21,131 nt of DNA from a bacterium (GTDB lineage: Bacteria; SZUA-182; DTGQ01): NCBI GenBank assembly GCA_040752695.1, contig JBFMGO010000105.1, positions 1 to 21,131 on the forward strand. Reading direction: 5' to 3'. The notes beneath the pieces were generated by a model. It made no database searches and was not told the DNA's origin. It saw nothing but the letters and a program-made list of their open reading frames with translations. A program made the position numbers and the translations under genes. Every line of letters starts with the position of its first letter. Within the stretch, counting starts at the first letter, position 1. Of the stretch, positions 7,323 through 15,861 are shown piece after piece.

Positions 7323-8126
7323 ATGAAAGGGAGAGGGGAAATTTATGCAGTTATCTTGGCTTTATCTTGGTTATTCATCGTAGCTATCCCGCTGTCTGCC
7401 TCCATAATGGAGGGGGCGATCGGGGTTCAGCAGACAGATACCTTTCCCATCCGTATCGACCGACCGGGAAATTATGTACTGCTGAGTAATCTCATTGTGT
7501 CAACTCCTGAAACCCCCTGTATTCAGATCAATGCCGATGATGTCATTCTTGATTTACAGGGTCACAGCCTTACCGGCCCTGACGGGGGGCAATCCCAGGC
7601 GAGTGCCGGAATACAGTCCTCTTCTGGTAACAGCAATATCGCTGTCAGGAATGGGACGATAGAGGGATTTTATTATGGTGTCCATCTTACCGGCGCCAAC
7701 CACGAGGTAGAGAAGATCACTATTTCTTCCTGCGATGTAGGGATTAAGGCTGAATTTTCCATCATAACCAACTGCACAGTCCATGGTAACGGCTCCCAGG
7801 GGATCGAGGCCAGGGAGTGCAGCATAATCAACTGCACGGCTAACCAAAACGGGTCCTATGGGCTGAAGGCTGAATCATGCACCGTAATCAACTGTAGTGC
7901 CGACCAAAACGGTTCTCATGGTCTCTATTCTCTTGGTAAATGCCGCCTTGAGGGATGCGCCATGATAAAAAACGGCCAATATGGCCTGTATCTGAGTCAA
8001 GACCATAATTATGCCAAAAAAAATATCCTCAGCGATAATACCTCAGGAGGTGTTTATATGGATGGTCTTCACTACCTTTCAACCAGCGATGATAAGACCA
8101 GTAATAAAAATAATGAGAATAATTAA
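7323..8126 (+). CDS. exported right-handed parallel beta-helix repeat protein
   Basis: AGGAGGAG RBS before ATG 7323; signal-peptide-like hydrophobic N-terminus; FPIRIDRPGNYVL, VILDLQGHSL, VRNGTIEGF, and about 20-aa repeats of the form IINCTANQNGSYGL. Confidence 0.85.
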   Translation: MKGRGEIYAVILALSWLFIVAIPLSASIMEGAIGVQQTDTFPIRIDRPGNYVLLSNLIVSTPETPCIQINADDVILDLQGHSLTGPDGGQSQASAGIQSSSGNSNIAVRNGTIEGFYYGVHLTGANHEVEKITISSCDVGIKAEFSIITNCTVHGNGSQGIEARECSIINCTANQNGSYGLKAESCTVINCSADQNGSHGLYSLGKCRLEGCAMIKNGQYGLYLSQDHNYAKKNILSDNTSGGVYMDGLHYLSTSDDKTSNKNNENN

Positions 8127-8192
8127 GGATTAAGACCTTATCAGGGAAGCCGCTATAGCCGAACCTAAGAACGTGCGGCAGGAGAAAGACTT

Positions 8193-11003
8193 ATGATCAG
8201 GAAAAAGAAATTGATGACAGGGAAAGTTATATGTATCGGTATTTTTTGTCTGCTGTGTATCTGGGGAATCCCTGAAAAAGGATATGCCGGTCCTGGGGAT
8301 GCCGCCCATAGCGCTCATTTAACCCTGGACAGGGGGCCGCAGTTGGAAAATGACTGCTCAAGTTGTCACACTGCCACACCTCCCGATGCGGGCAATGTGA
8401 ATTATGCACTGTGTATTCCCTGTCACAGTCCGGATGGAGCCTACGATGGCATGGACGATCCTTCCATAGGTGCCAGAAATAACTGGGGAGCCGGTGCTTT
8501 TTCAGCCATTTATGAAGCCGACGGATCTCTCAAGGAAGGAAAGGGGAAATGGTGTGTCGGCTGCCATGACGATGGCAGTTGTGTAATCCGGAATGTGGCT
8601 GCACCCAATATTGCAGGCCGTTCCATAAGCGGAGACTGGCAAGGATCCATCACTCTGGTTTCCAGTGATATACCGGGTGCCGAGAACCTGTTGGATGGTG
8701 ACACCGGGACGGGAAATACGGGCAGTGGATCATATCTGATAGTCGATTTTAGTGAGACCATAAGTCTTTCTCATCTCAGGCTTTATACATCGCTCGCTTC
8801 AACAAGCCACTGGGAAGTCTACGGAGGAGATGATCTGATCGGCTGGACCAGAATTGTCTTTGGTCAATCGGTGCTCTTTTCCGCTCCCACCTGGCAGACA
8901 GGACCTCTGGATGGATGGAACGAGACCAGACTGGATAGATTCATTCCGGTTCGCTATCTCAAGCTGGTCAAGATAAGTCCGTGGCCTTTCCTGGCGAACG
9001 CGCTCGGTGAGCTGGAAATTAAAAAGGATATGCAGTATGGGTACTACGTAACAGGCCATAAAATCAATTGCCACTCATGTCATGATACAGCCGGTGTTCA
9101 TACCGATGAAACCCCCCAGACCTACCAGGCTGACCTCGATAACTATCAGGCCGGTTACCGGCTGAGAAGTGTGGAAGTGGAGGGGCAGCTTTTTCCTCCC
9201 CTGGAAATTCCCCGCACAGGCTGCAATAGCGGAGAGTATCCCAGAACCAGTAACGATTTCGCCCTGTGCTTTGCCTGTCACGACAAATACAAACTCTTGG
9301 GAGATGCATACGGCACGGGTGATTTTTTCCAATATCCTTTGCAGACCAATTTTAGAAACGACGACCATCTTGATGCCAACCAAAAGGTAAGCAATGAACA
9401 TCTCCGGCATTTGCGCGGCAGGTATTACTGTGGAAATGGCCAGGATTGGGATTCCGACTGGGATGGAATCGCCGATTCACCGCAGAGCTGCACGACCTGC
9501 CACAATGTTCATGGCTCTCCCGCACCGGTTATGACCAGGCGAGGGGAACTGGCCGGCCCGACGGGAACTGCTGCTCCTCACCTTAATCTCCATTACCTGG
9601 ATGCGGAGGGGAATCCAGATCCGGACCTTTCGCTGGTCATGGAGAGCACCGGAGGCAGGACACAATTCTATGGTCCGGGTCCGGGAGTCGTTGAGAAAAA
9701 CTTTACCTGTAAAATGTGCCACAATGACCAGATGATCTACCATCGCGACCCCATACCCTCACCCGTTGCCGACTGCCAGAGTTGTCATGCCGAGGGAGTG
9801 GAATCCTCCGGCAGTCACAGCACTCATCTTGGGGCCGATTTAAAGGGTCCGAGCCTTGATTGCGGCGACTGCCATGCAGCCGGAGGCGGGATCAATCCGC
9901 ACGGTGTGGAGTCGGTCTTTGCTGATGGCAAGTCACTGGAGGAAACTGAGGTTTGCGATAATTGCCATAGCCCGGCAGGCGCCTATGACGGAGTGAGCGA
10001 TCCTGTTATAGGGGCAAAGGGTAACTGGGAACAAGGAGTGTATCAAGAGAGCGAATTGCAGGCCGGCAAGGAAAGATGGTGCGCTACCTGTCACGACAAT
10101 GCTCCGGCCAACAGCCAGATCGACGGCAGTGGTATCTTTGCACCGGTCATAGCCGGGGATGATTCCAATTATGGTTTCTATGTCAACGGGCACAAAAGCA
10201 GTCTGTGTTCTGCATGTCATGATGTGACAATAAAACATGTCGACGGAAACTGCCGGACCTATGCCTTCAGCACTGCTTACTACGGTCCCAGTCAATCCGG
10301 TGTCGCCTATGCTTCAGGCTACCGGTTGCGGTATGTTAACGGCCAAGTGCCACTGATGATTCCAGCCAACTACAGCATTACTTTCAGCTACAATTCGCAG
10401 ACCATGAAAGACAATGCCTTCAGGCTTTGTTTCAGTTGCCATGACGATGCAAAGATCTTCGATAACACGCCTGGCGATGGCCTTGACACCAACTTCAAGG
10501 CCAGTCTGCCGAGCCCTCCCAGGAACTACTCATACGCCTGGGGAAGCGGCGCCGATACCAATGAACATGTTTCCCATGTCTTGAACTATACCGGACCGTT
10601 CGCGGATTCCGATTGGGATACCGCCACCAACGGGCCAGGCGGATCGAATGGGAGGGATACTATGATGGCGTGCTCGAACTGCCACAATGTCCATGGTGCC
10701 GCTGTGACGCATGGCTCGACGAATGAGCCAATGATCAGGGATGGAGGGCTGGCTGGAAGAACCGGATATGGATTCAGCTACGTGGTTGAGGATGTTGCCA
10801 ATGGCGGATATCCGATGGTGACCTCTACCGGTGCTACTCAGGCAAACAGTGTCGGAGCCGTCTTCAGGAACAATACAGCTAACATGTGTGGAGGTTCAAT
10901 GTGCCACGGTAATCCCAACCCGCCGCCTGGCAGCAGTTATAACGCAAGTGGAAGTAGCTGGGGGACGTACCTTGAATACTATCGGCCTCCGCTCCCACAA
11001 TAA
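8193..11003 (+). CDS. large exported multiheme c-type cytochrome (14 CxxCH + 1 Cx4CH) with discoidin/F5-8-type-C-like insert
   Basis: Signal peptide; motifs CSSCH, CIPCH, CVGCH, CHSCH, CFACH, CTTCH, CKMCH, CQSCH, CGDCH, CDNCH, CATCH, CSACH, CFSCH, CSNCH, CGGSMCH; insert NLLDGDTGT...YLIVDF...VRYLKL...LGELEI; AGGAGA RBS. Confidence 0.92.
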   Translation: MIRKKKLMTGKVICIGIFCLLCIWGIPEKGYAGPGDAAHSAHLTLDRGPQLENDCSSCHTATPPDAGNVNYALCIPCHSPDGAYDGMDDPSIGARNNWGAGAFSAIYEADGSLKEGKGKWCVGCHDDGSCVIRNVAAPNIAGRSISGDWQGSITLVSSDIPGAENLLDGDTGTGNTGSGSYLIVDFSETISLSHLRLYTSLASTSHWEVYGGDDLIGWTRIVFGQSVLFSAPTWQTGPLDGWNETRLDRFIPVRYLKLVKISPWPFLANALGELEIKKDMQYGYYVTGHKINCHSCHDTAGVHTDETPQTYQADLDNYQAGYRLRSVEVEGQLFPPLEIPRTGCNSGEYPRTSNDFALCFACHDKYKLLGDAYGTGDFFQYPLQTNFRNDDHLDANQKVSNEHLRHLRGRYYCGNGQDWDSDWDGIADSPQSCTTCHNVHGSPAPVMTRRGELAGPTGTAAPHLNLHYLDAEGNPDPDLSLVMESTGGRTQFYGPGPGVVEKNFTCKMCHNDQMIYHRDPIPSPVADCQSCHAEGVESSGSHSTHLGADLKGPSLDCGDCHAAGGGINPHGVESVFADGKSLEETEVCDNCHSPAGAYDGVSDPVIGAKGNWEQGVYQESELQAGKERWCATCHDNAPANSQIDGSGIFAPVIAGDDSNYGFYVNGHKSSLCSACHDVTIKHVDGNCRTYAFSTAYYGPSQSGVAYASGYRLRYVNGQVPLMIPANYSITFSYNSQTMKDNAFRLCFSCHDDAKIFDNTPGDGLDTNFKASLPSPPRNYSYAWGSGADTNEHVSHVLNYTGPFADSDWDTATNGPGGSNGRDTMMACSNCHNVHGAAVTHGSTNEPMIRDGGLAGRTGYGFSYVVEDVANGGYPMVTSTGATQANSVGAVFRNNTANMCGGSMCHGNPNPPPGSSYNASGSSWGTYLEYYRPPLPQ

Positions 11004-11044
11004 GATTATCGGTATTTACTTCCATACAGGGTAAATCCGAATAC

Positions 11045-11101
11045 AAAAGCACAGAAGCAACTCACCTCTAATGAGGTAAGGTTGCTTCTGTGCTTTTTTT
11101 T
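11045..11101. terminator. bidirectional intrinsic terminator between the convergent cytochrome and nifV genes
   Basis: Perfect 17-bp arms aaaagcacagaagcaac (11045-11061) and gttgcttctgtgctttt (11081-11097), inner acctc/gaggt stem, T8 run on + strand and TTTT on - strand. Confidence 0.85.
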
Positions 11102-12294
11102 ATTTGAATATCCAAATCGTTATTCCTCCCTCCGTCCTCCCGGTTGCTGGCATCCACAGAATCCTGCTGCATGGCATAAAGGTGCAGGAGTTCCTCGTCG
11201 GTGAGGTCCGTTTTCAGCCGCGAGGATTCATCCTTGACTTTCGTGAGCAATTCGACCAGAAGATGACCCTCGGTCTTGAGGCCAAGGCTTTCCAGCTTGT
11301 GCCGGAGTGCACTTTTGCCTGCCTTTTTACTGACCAGGAATGTGCGTTCCATACAGACCTCCGCCGGGTCGTACGGCTCATAGGTTGAAGGGTGCTTCAT
11401 CAGCCCGTCAAGGTGAATGCCCGATTCACAGGTAAAAATATCTTTGCCCACAATGGGCTTTCTGGGAGGAATGTCACTCCCGGATGCCCTGGCCACGTAA
11501 TCGGAAAGGAATCGCAGGGGCTTCAGGTCATAGGTATCGACACCCTTCCTCTTGGCCATAAAGGTTATTACTTCTTCCAGAGCTGCATTCCCGGCGCGTT
11601 CGCCAATTCCGTTGACCGTGACATCGACAAAATCCGCACCCGATGCCAGAGCGCTGACTGCATTGGCCGTAGCCATGCCGAAATCGTTATGGGTATGAAC
11701 GCCAAGATCCACCTTGAAAAAGGCTTTGAGCCTGGTTATCGTGCTCACCATAGTCAGAGGGTCCATGATTCCCACGGTGTCGGCAAAACGGATTCTGTTT
11801 ATACCCTCCTCCTGAGCTCGGGAGCACACTTCTTCGACAAAAGCAAAATCAGCCCTGGAAGCATCTTCAAGGCCAAGGGAAAGATAACAGGAGGGCGCGG
11901 TATCTTTAGCCTGCTTTATGCTGTCACTGACCCTGGCCAGGACCCATGACCTATTCCTTCCCAGCTTCTTTTTAATATGAATGTCGGAAACCGGGATAGA
12001 CATGGACAAAATGTCAGGCGAGAGGTTTAAGGTTTCATCGATATCACTGGCCTGACACCGGCACCATAAGGAAAAGAGGGGAGTGATGCTTCTATCCCTG
12101 CCCTGCCCGAAAAGTTCCCTGACCTGCCTGAAGAGCTCCCGTGTTTCAGGATTCATGACGGCAACCCCTGCCTCTATTTCATCGATCCCTACTCTATCGA
12201 GCAGGCCGATGATATGAAGCTTTTCTGCAAGGTTAAAATAGACGTGCGCCGACTGTTCCCCTTCCCTCAGTGTGGTGTCGATGATACCTTTCAT
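11068..12294 (-). CDS. nifV: homocitrate synthase
   Basis: DTTLREGEQ, EDASRAD, RFADTVG, HTHNDFGMATAN, GIGERAGNA, ESGIH, YEPYDP; last gene of the nif cluster; AAGGAG RBS. Confidence 0.88.
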   Translation of the reverse strand: MKGIIDTTLREGEQSAHVYFNLAEKLHIIGLLDRVGIDEIEAGVAVMNPETRELFRQVRELFGQGRDRSITPLFSLWCRCQASDIDETLNLSPDILSMSIPVSDIHIKKKLGRNRSWVLARVSDSIKQAKDTAPSCYLSLGLEDASRADFAFVEEVCSRAQEEGINRIRFADTVGIMDPLTMVSTITRLKAFFKVDLGVHTHNDFGMATANAVSALASGADFVDVTVNGIGERAGNAALEEVITFMAKRKGVDTYDLKPLRFLSDYVARASGSDIPPRKPIVGKDIFTCESGIHLDGLMKHPSTYEPYDPAEVCMERTFLVSKKAGKSALRHKLESLGLKTEGHLLVELLTKVKDESSRLKTDLTDEELLHLYAMQQDSVDASNREDGGRNNDLDIQIKKSTEATLPH

Positions 12295-13678
12295 GGCTTG
12301 TTGCTCCTTCGCTTATTGCTCCAGTGTCTGAGGCTCCTGCGCTTGCTGCTCTTGCGTCTTCTGCTCTTGGGCTTATTCCCGTATGTATCGCACTTTCGCT
12401 TATGACCCCCTCGCTATGGACACATCTTCTCTTATTTACCGGATCCTTACAACTCTTGCCACACAAGGGGTGCAGTGCTTCAGGAGGAAAGCAAACCCAT
12501 ATGTCATCATAGAGCCTGAAGTGAAAAGAGTCAACAGGAATGATCGCAAATAACTCCATACCGCCCAGGTCAATGGTTATCCTGAAGCTCACAAGGCCAG
12601 GGATGATATGCATGATTTTTCCACAAATCGTGTTCAGCGGCTTCGCCAACGATTCTGTTCCTGCATCTCCTCCTGCTCCTGATCCCGGTCTTGGTCCTGA
12701 TCCTGTTCCTGGCCTTGCCACTCCCTCTGCACCGACCTCTCCCCCTGCTCCTCCTGACCGTGACAGTATTACGGCAATTTCCTCCTGCTGCCCGCTCCGG
12801 GCTTTGATTCTGATTTTTTCAGGATGGAGGCACATGGTTATCTTTTTCCCCTTCTCAAAAATAGGGTACTTTGCGGCCGTAACCAGAAACGGTTTGCGGA
12901 GCTCTTCGTTATTTACCCTCAAAAGCGCCTCGTGTTCTCTTATTTCAATCACCTCTGTTTTGAAAATATTTTTAGCGCCAACAAAACGGGAAACAAATTC
13001 GGTCCTTGGATGATGAAAGATTTCATCCGCAGTCCCGATCTGTTCTATCCTGCCATGATTGAGCACAGAGACACGATTTCCGAGCAACGTGGCTTCACTC
13101 TGGTTATGAGTAACATAGAGCGTCGTGAGCTGCATTTTTTGCTGGATACTCTTCAGTTCATCCCCTATCTTCTCTCTGGCCGGAGCATCGAGGCTGCTCA
13201 TGGGCTCATCCATAAGCAGTATGTCAGGCTCGGTAACCAGCGCCCGGACCAGGGCCACTTTTTGCCTTTGTCCTCCACTCAACTGATGGGGAAGCCTGTC
13301 CTTTTCGCCTGCAATACCCATCATGTGCAGGTAGTGGCAGACCGTTCGATTTACCACGCTCTCTTTGACTCTCCTGGCCCTGAGACCATAGGCTGCATTA
13401 CCGTAAACCGTAAGATGAGGAAAGAGGGCATAATCCTGGAAAACAAACCCGATTTTTCTTTTTTCCGGAGGGATGGCACTTACCTCACGCTGATTTATGA
13501 ATATGCTCCCCTCATCCGGCCTGACCAACCCTGCAATTAAAGAAAGGATGGTAGTTTTACCGCTGCCGCTTGGACCGAGCAGGACTTGAAATTCCCCCTG
13601 CTTAACTTCAAGGTTCAGACCGTGCAGTATGGACTTTCCATGATAGCACTTTGATATTTCCTGCAAAAGAATGCTCAT
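12233..13678 (-). CDS. modC: molybdate/tungstate ABC transporter ATP-binding subunit
   Basis: Walker A GPSGSGKT, Q-loop VFQDYALF, LSGGQ, Walker B LLMDEP, YVTH; TOBE-like C-terminus with low-complexity insertions; follows modAB. Confidence 0.85.
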   Translation of the reverse strand: MSILLQEISKCYHGKSILHGLNLEVKQGEFQVLLGPSGSGKTTILSLIAGLVRPDEGSIFINQREVSAIPPEKRKIGFVFQDYALFPHLTVYGNAAYGLRARRVKESVVNRTVCHYLHMMGIAGEKDRLPHQLSGGQRQKVALVRALVTEPDILLMDEPMSSLDAPAREKIGDELKSIQQKMQLTTLYVTHNQSEATLLGNRVSVLNHGRIEQIGTADEIFHHPRTEFVSRFVGAKNIFKTEVIEIREHEALLRVNNEELRKPFLVTAAKYPIFEKGKKITMCLHPEKIRIKARSGQQEEIAVILSRSGGAGGEVGAEGVARPGTGSGPRPGSGAGGDAGTESLAKPLNTICGKIMHIIPGLVSFRITIDLGGMELFAIIPVDSFHFRLYDDIWVCFPPEALHPLCGKSCKDPVNKRRCVHSEGVISESAIHTGISPRAEDARAASAGASDTGAISEGATSHERYHRHHTEGRGTVGARLF

Positions 13679-13695
13679 AACCTAATTCCTCAATC

Positions 13696-13820
13696 TATTC
13701 AGCCTCATTTCTCTAATTTATTCAGCCTCATTTTCTGTTCAACATCCCTTTCTATTTATTCAATGCCGTATTTATTCACTGCCTTATACATTCACAGCCT
13801 TATCCATTTGCAGCCTTATC
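13696..13820. repeat. degenerate tandem repeats (2 x 15 bp and 4 x 16 bp)
   Basis: tattcagcctcattt at 13696 and 13719; tatttattcaatgccg / tatttattcactgcct / tatacattcacagcct / tatccatttgcagcct at 13753-13816. Confidence 0.8.
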
Positions 13821-13823
13821 TTC

Positions 13824-14621
13824 TTACCATCGTCTGTTCATCTGCCCCATGGCCCGTGATTTAAAGATTAAGAGCGAAGTAAAGGAAAATATGGTCAGGA
13901 GCAGGGCAATGGCTATCGATGCGGATGACTTTCCCGACAGAGCATTCATATATATGGCTATGGTCATGGTTTGAGTTTTCCACGGGATGCATCCTGCAAC
14001 CATAGACGTAGCACCAAATTCCCCTAAAGCCCTGGCCCAGGTCATAACCATGCCGGCATAGATGCCGTTTTTAGCCAGAGGGAGGGAAACATTCCTGAAA
14101 GTATAGAATTTCGATGCTCCCAGAGTCGAAGATGCCTTCAAGATATTTTCATTGATCGATTCAAACGCCTGGCGGCTGGACTTGATTAAAAATGGAGCAG
14201 AGACAAAGAGCTGGGCCATGATTATCCCCTTTTTGGAAAAAACCAGATCAAGGCCATTTCTGCTCAGGAAGCGCCCTGCCGGGCTGTTTCCCCCCAGAAA
14301 AATCAAAAGAGCCAGCCCTGCCACTAAAGGCGGCAGGACAATCGGAAGGTCAATCAGAGTATCGATGATTTCTTTCCCCCTGAATTTCCTGGTTGCCAGG
14401 AGATAGGCAACGGGAATCCCCAGGCAGAGAGCCAAAAAAACTACGGCCAGCGAGGTCTCAAGACTAACCAGAATGGCTGACCAGATAAGAGGGGATTTAA
14501 ACTGGCCAATCAGCTCTCCCAAAGGCGTAACCGTAAACAGCGCAAGAATGGGAAACACGATCAGGCAAGTGAATATTCCTGCTGCACATGATATGGCCAG
14601 ATCAAAGGAAAATCTTTTCAT
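13824..14621 (-). CDS. modB: molybdate ABC transporter permease
   Basis: Multi-TM protein with IDLPIVLPPLVAGLALL, ASSTLGAS (EAA-like loop), WARALGEFGAT, TQTMTIAIY. Confidence 0.92.
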   Translation of the reverse strand: MKRFSFDLAISCAAGIFTCLIVFPILALFTVTPLGELIGQFKSPLIWSAILVSLETSLAVVFLALCLGIPVAYLLATRKFRGKEIIDTLIDLPIVLPPLVAGLALLIFLGGNSPAGRFLSRNGLDLVFSKKGIIMAQLFVSAPFLIKSSRQAFESINENILKASSTLGASKFYTFRNVSLPLAKNGIYAGMVMTWARALGEFGATSMVAGCIPWKTQTMTIAIYMNALSGKSSASIAIALLLTIFSFTSLLIFKSRAMGQMNRRW

Positions 14622-14814
14622 AGGGTAATCCTCTTCATGGTATTAATCACGATACCATCTACTTCTCCCTTTTGCATCTTTACAAGAGGTATCTTCATCT
14701 ACGTTTCTTTTTATATCAACATCTTTCTGTTTACATTTGCCTTCGCATTTACCTCTGCATTCGCCTCTGGCCTGCCTTCTGCTTTTCTACATTTGCCCTC
14801 TGTATCTTGTGCGA

Positions 14815-15687
14815 CTATTTTGCTGCTTCAAAGCCGTATCTGGCAAAGATTCCTTTCCCCTCATCGCTTAAGACTAGGCTGATGTACCGGGATGCCCATT
14901 GGCTGCCAGTGCCGTTATCAGTGACGTTACTTTTATCAGGTGCAGCGGCATTATCATTGCCTTTTGCCATCTGGCAAACCGGGATCATATTGATACAATT
15001 ATATTTTTCAGGGATTTCGATGATTTTCACCTTGCCCGATTGGACGGCATCCGCCCTCCAGACAATGGAGGCATCAGCATTTTTCTCTTCGACCCACAGT
15101 ACCAGTTGCTTGACAGTTATACCTCTGGCCTTTATGTTCATTTTTGATTCATCCAGGCCGGCCTTTTTCAATATTTCCGTAGAAGGCCCGCCTATGGCGG
15201 CAGCTTCGGCATCGCCCAGAACAATTCGATTATTCAAGTCAGCCAGATCATGTAAGGATCCTATGGAACCATTCCCCTTTTGAGTAATGATGACCGGTGT
15301 ATGATAGGCAATAGGGGTATAATCATTGATGTACCCCTTTTCCTTCAAAATCCTGGCCCACTTTTCGCTGCCAGGAATAAAGACATCCGGGCTCTGGCCG
15401 ACCAGGATTTTATTGCCGAGTCTTCCACTCCCTTCATAATCATAAATCACCTTTACTCCATAGCGCTCCTCAAATTTTTTCCCTATTTCATCCAAAGGCG
15501 ACTGCATCCCTGCACCGGCAAAGACCAGGATCTCTTTAAGCTGCTTTTGGGCAAAGCTATCGGGTACGGACAAAAGTACCGCTACCGCCAGAAAAACCAT
15601 GCCGAGGTTGCTTAGCTTGCCTAACATGCTCGACGTACCTGATGTACTCAATGTACCCGTCATGCTTTGTGTGCTCGATTTTTTCAT
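14815..15687 (-). CDS. modA: molybdate ABC transporter substrate-binding protein
   Basis: Signal peptide, VFAGAGMQSPLDEI, YEGSGRL, PDVFIPGS, AAIG, TVKQLV, ADASIVW, IFARYGF; upstream of modB in a nif cluster. Confidence 0.9.
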   Translation of the reverse strand: MKKSSTQSMTGTLSTSGTSSMLGKLSNLGMVFLAVAVLLSVPDSFAQKQLKEILVFAGAGMQSPLDEIGKKFEERYGVKVIYDYEGSGRLGNKILVGQSPDVFIPGSEKWARILKEKGYINDYTPIAYHTPVIITQKGNGSIGSLHDLADLNNRIVLGDAEAAAIGGPSTEILKKAGLDESKMNIKARGITVKQLVLWVEEKNADASIVWRADAVQSGKVKIIEIPEKYNCINMIPVCQMAKGNDNAAAPDKSNVTDNGTGSQWASRYISLVLSDEGKGIFARYGFEAAK

Positions 15688-15735
15688 GACATTTTTTCTC
15701 TCTATATCCTATAATTAAGAAACCTAAAAAAGGTA

Positions 15736-15775
15736 AAATCCCCCCCGGCCCCCTTTCGAAAAGTGGGGGCAATTT
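15736..15775. other. GC-rich hairpin / REP-like element between the ferredoxin gene and modA
   Basis: aaatcccccccgg then the stem gccccc-tttcgaaaagt-gggggc (15748-15770); T-rich tract follows on the minus strand. Confidence 0.4.
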
Positions 15776-15861
15776 GGCCGCAGGCGGGTCTTTCCTCCTC
15801 TCTCCCTGAAAGAGTGATAGATTCCCTCTGGGAAAGGGGAAGAGCTTCTGATTGCATTTTT

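Noticed and set aside
7030..8192. c-di-GMP riboswitch upstream of the beta-helix or cytochrome gene
   Set aside because: No class I core (GGCAAAC...GAAA...GGACGCAAA) and no convincing class II core seen; only a short gccgc/gcggc stem near 8148-8179.
8193..12294. Multiheme cytochrome as electron donor to nitrogenase
   Set aside because: It is exported, convergently transcribed and separated by a terminator, while nitrogenase uses cytoplasmic ferredoxin or flavodoxin; adjacency is the only link.
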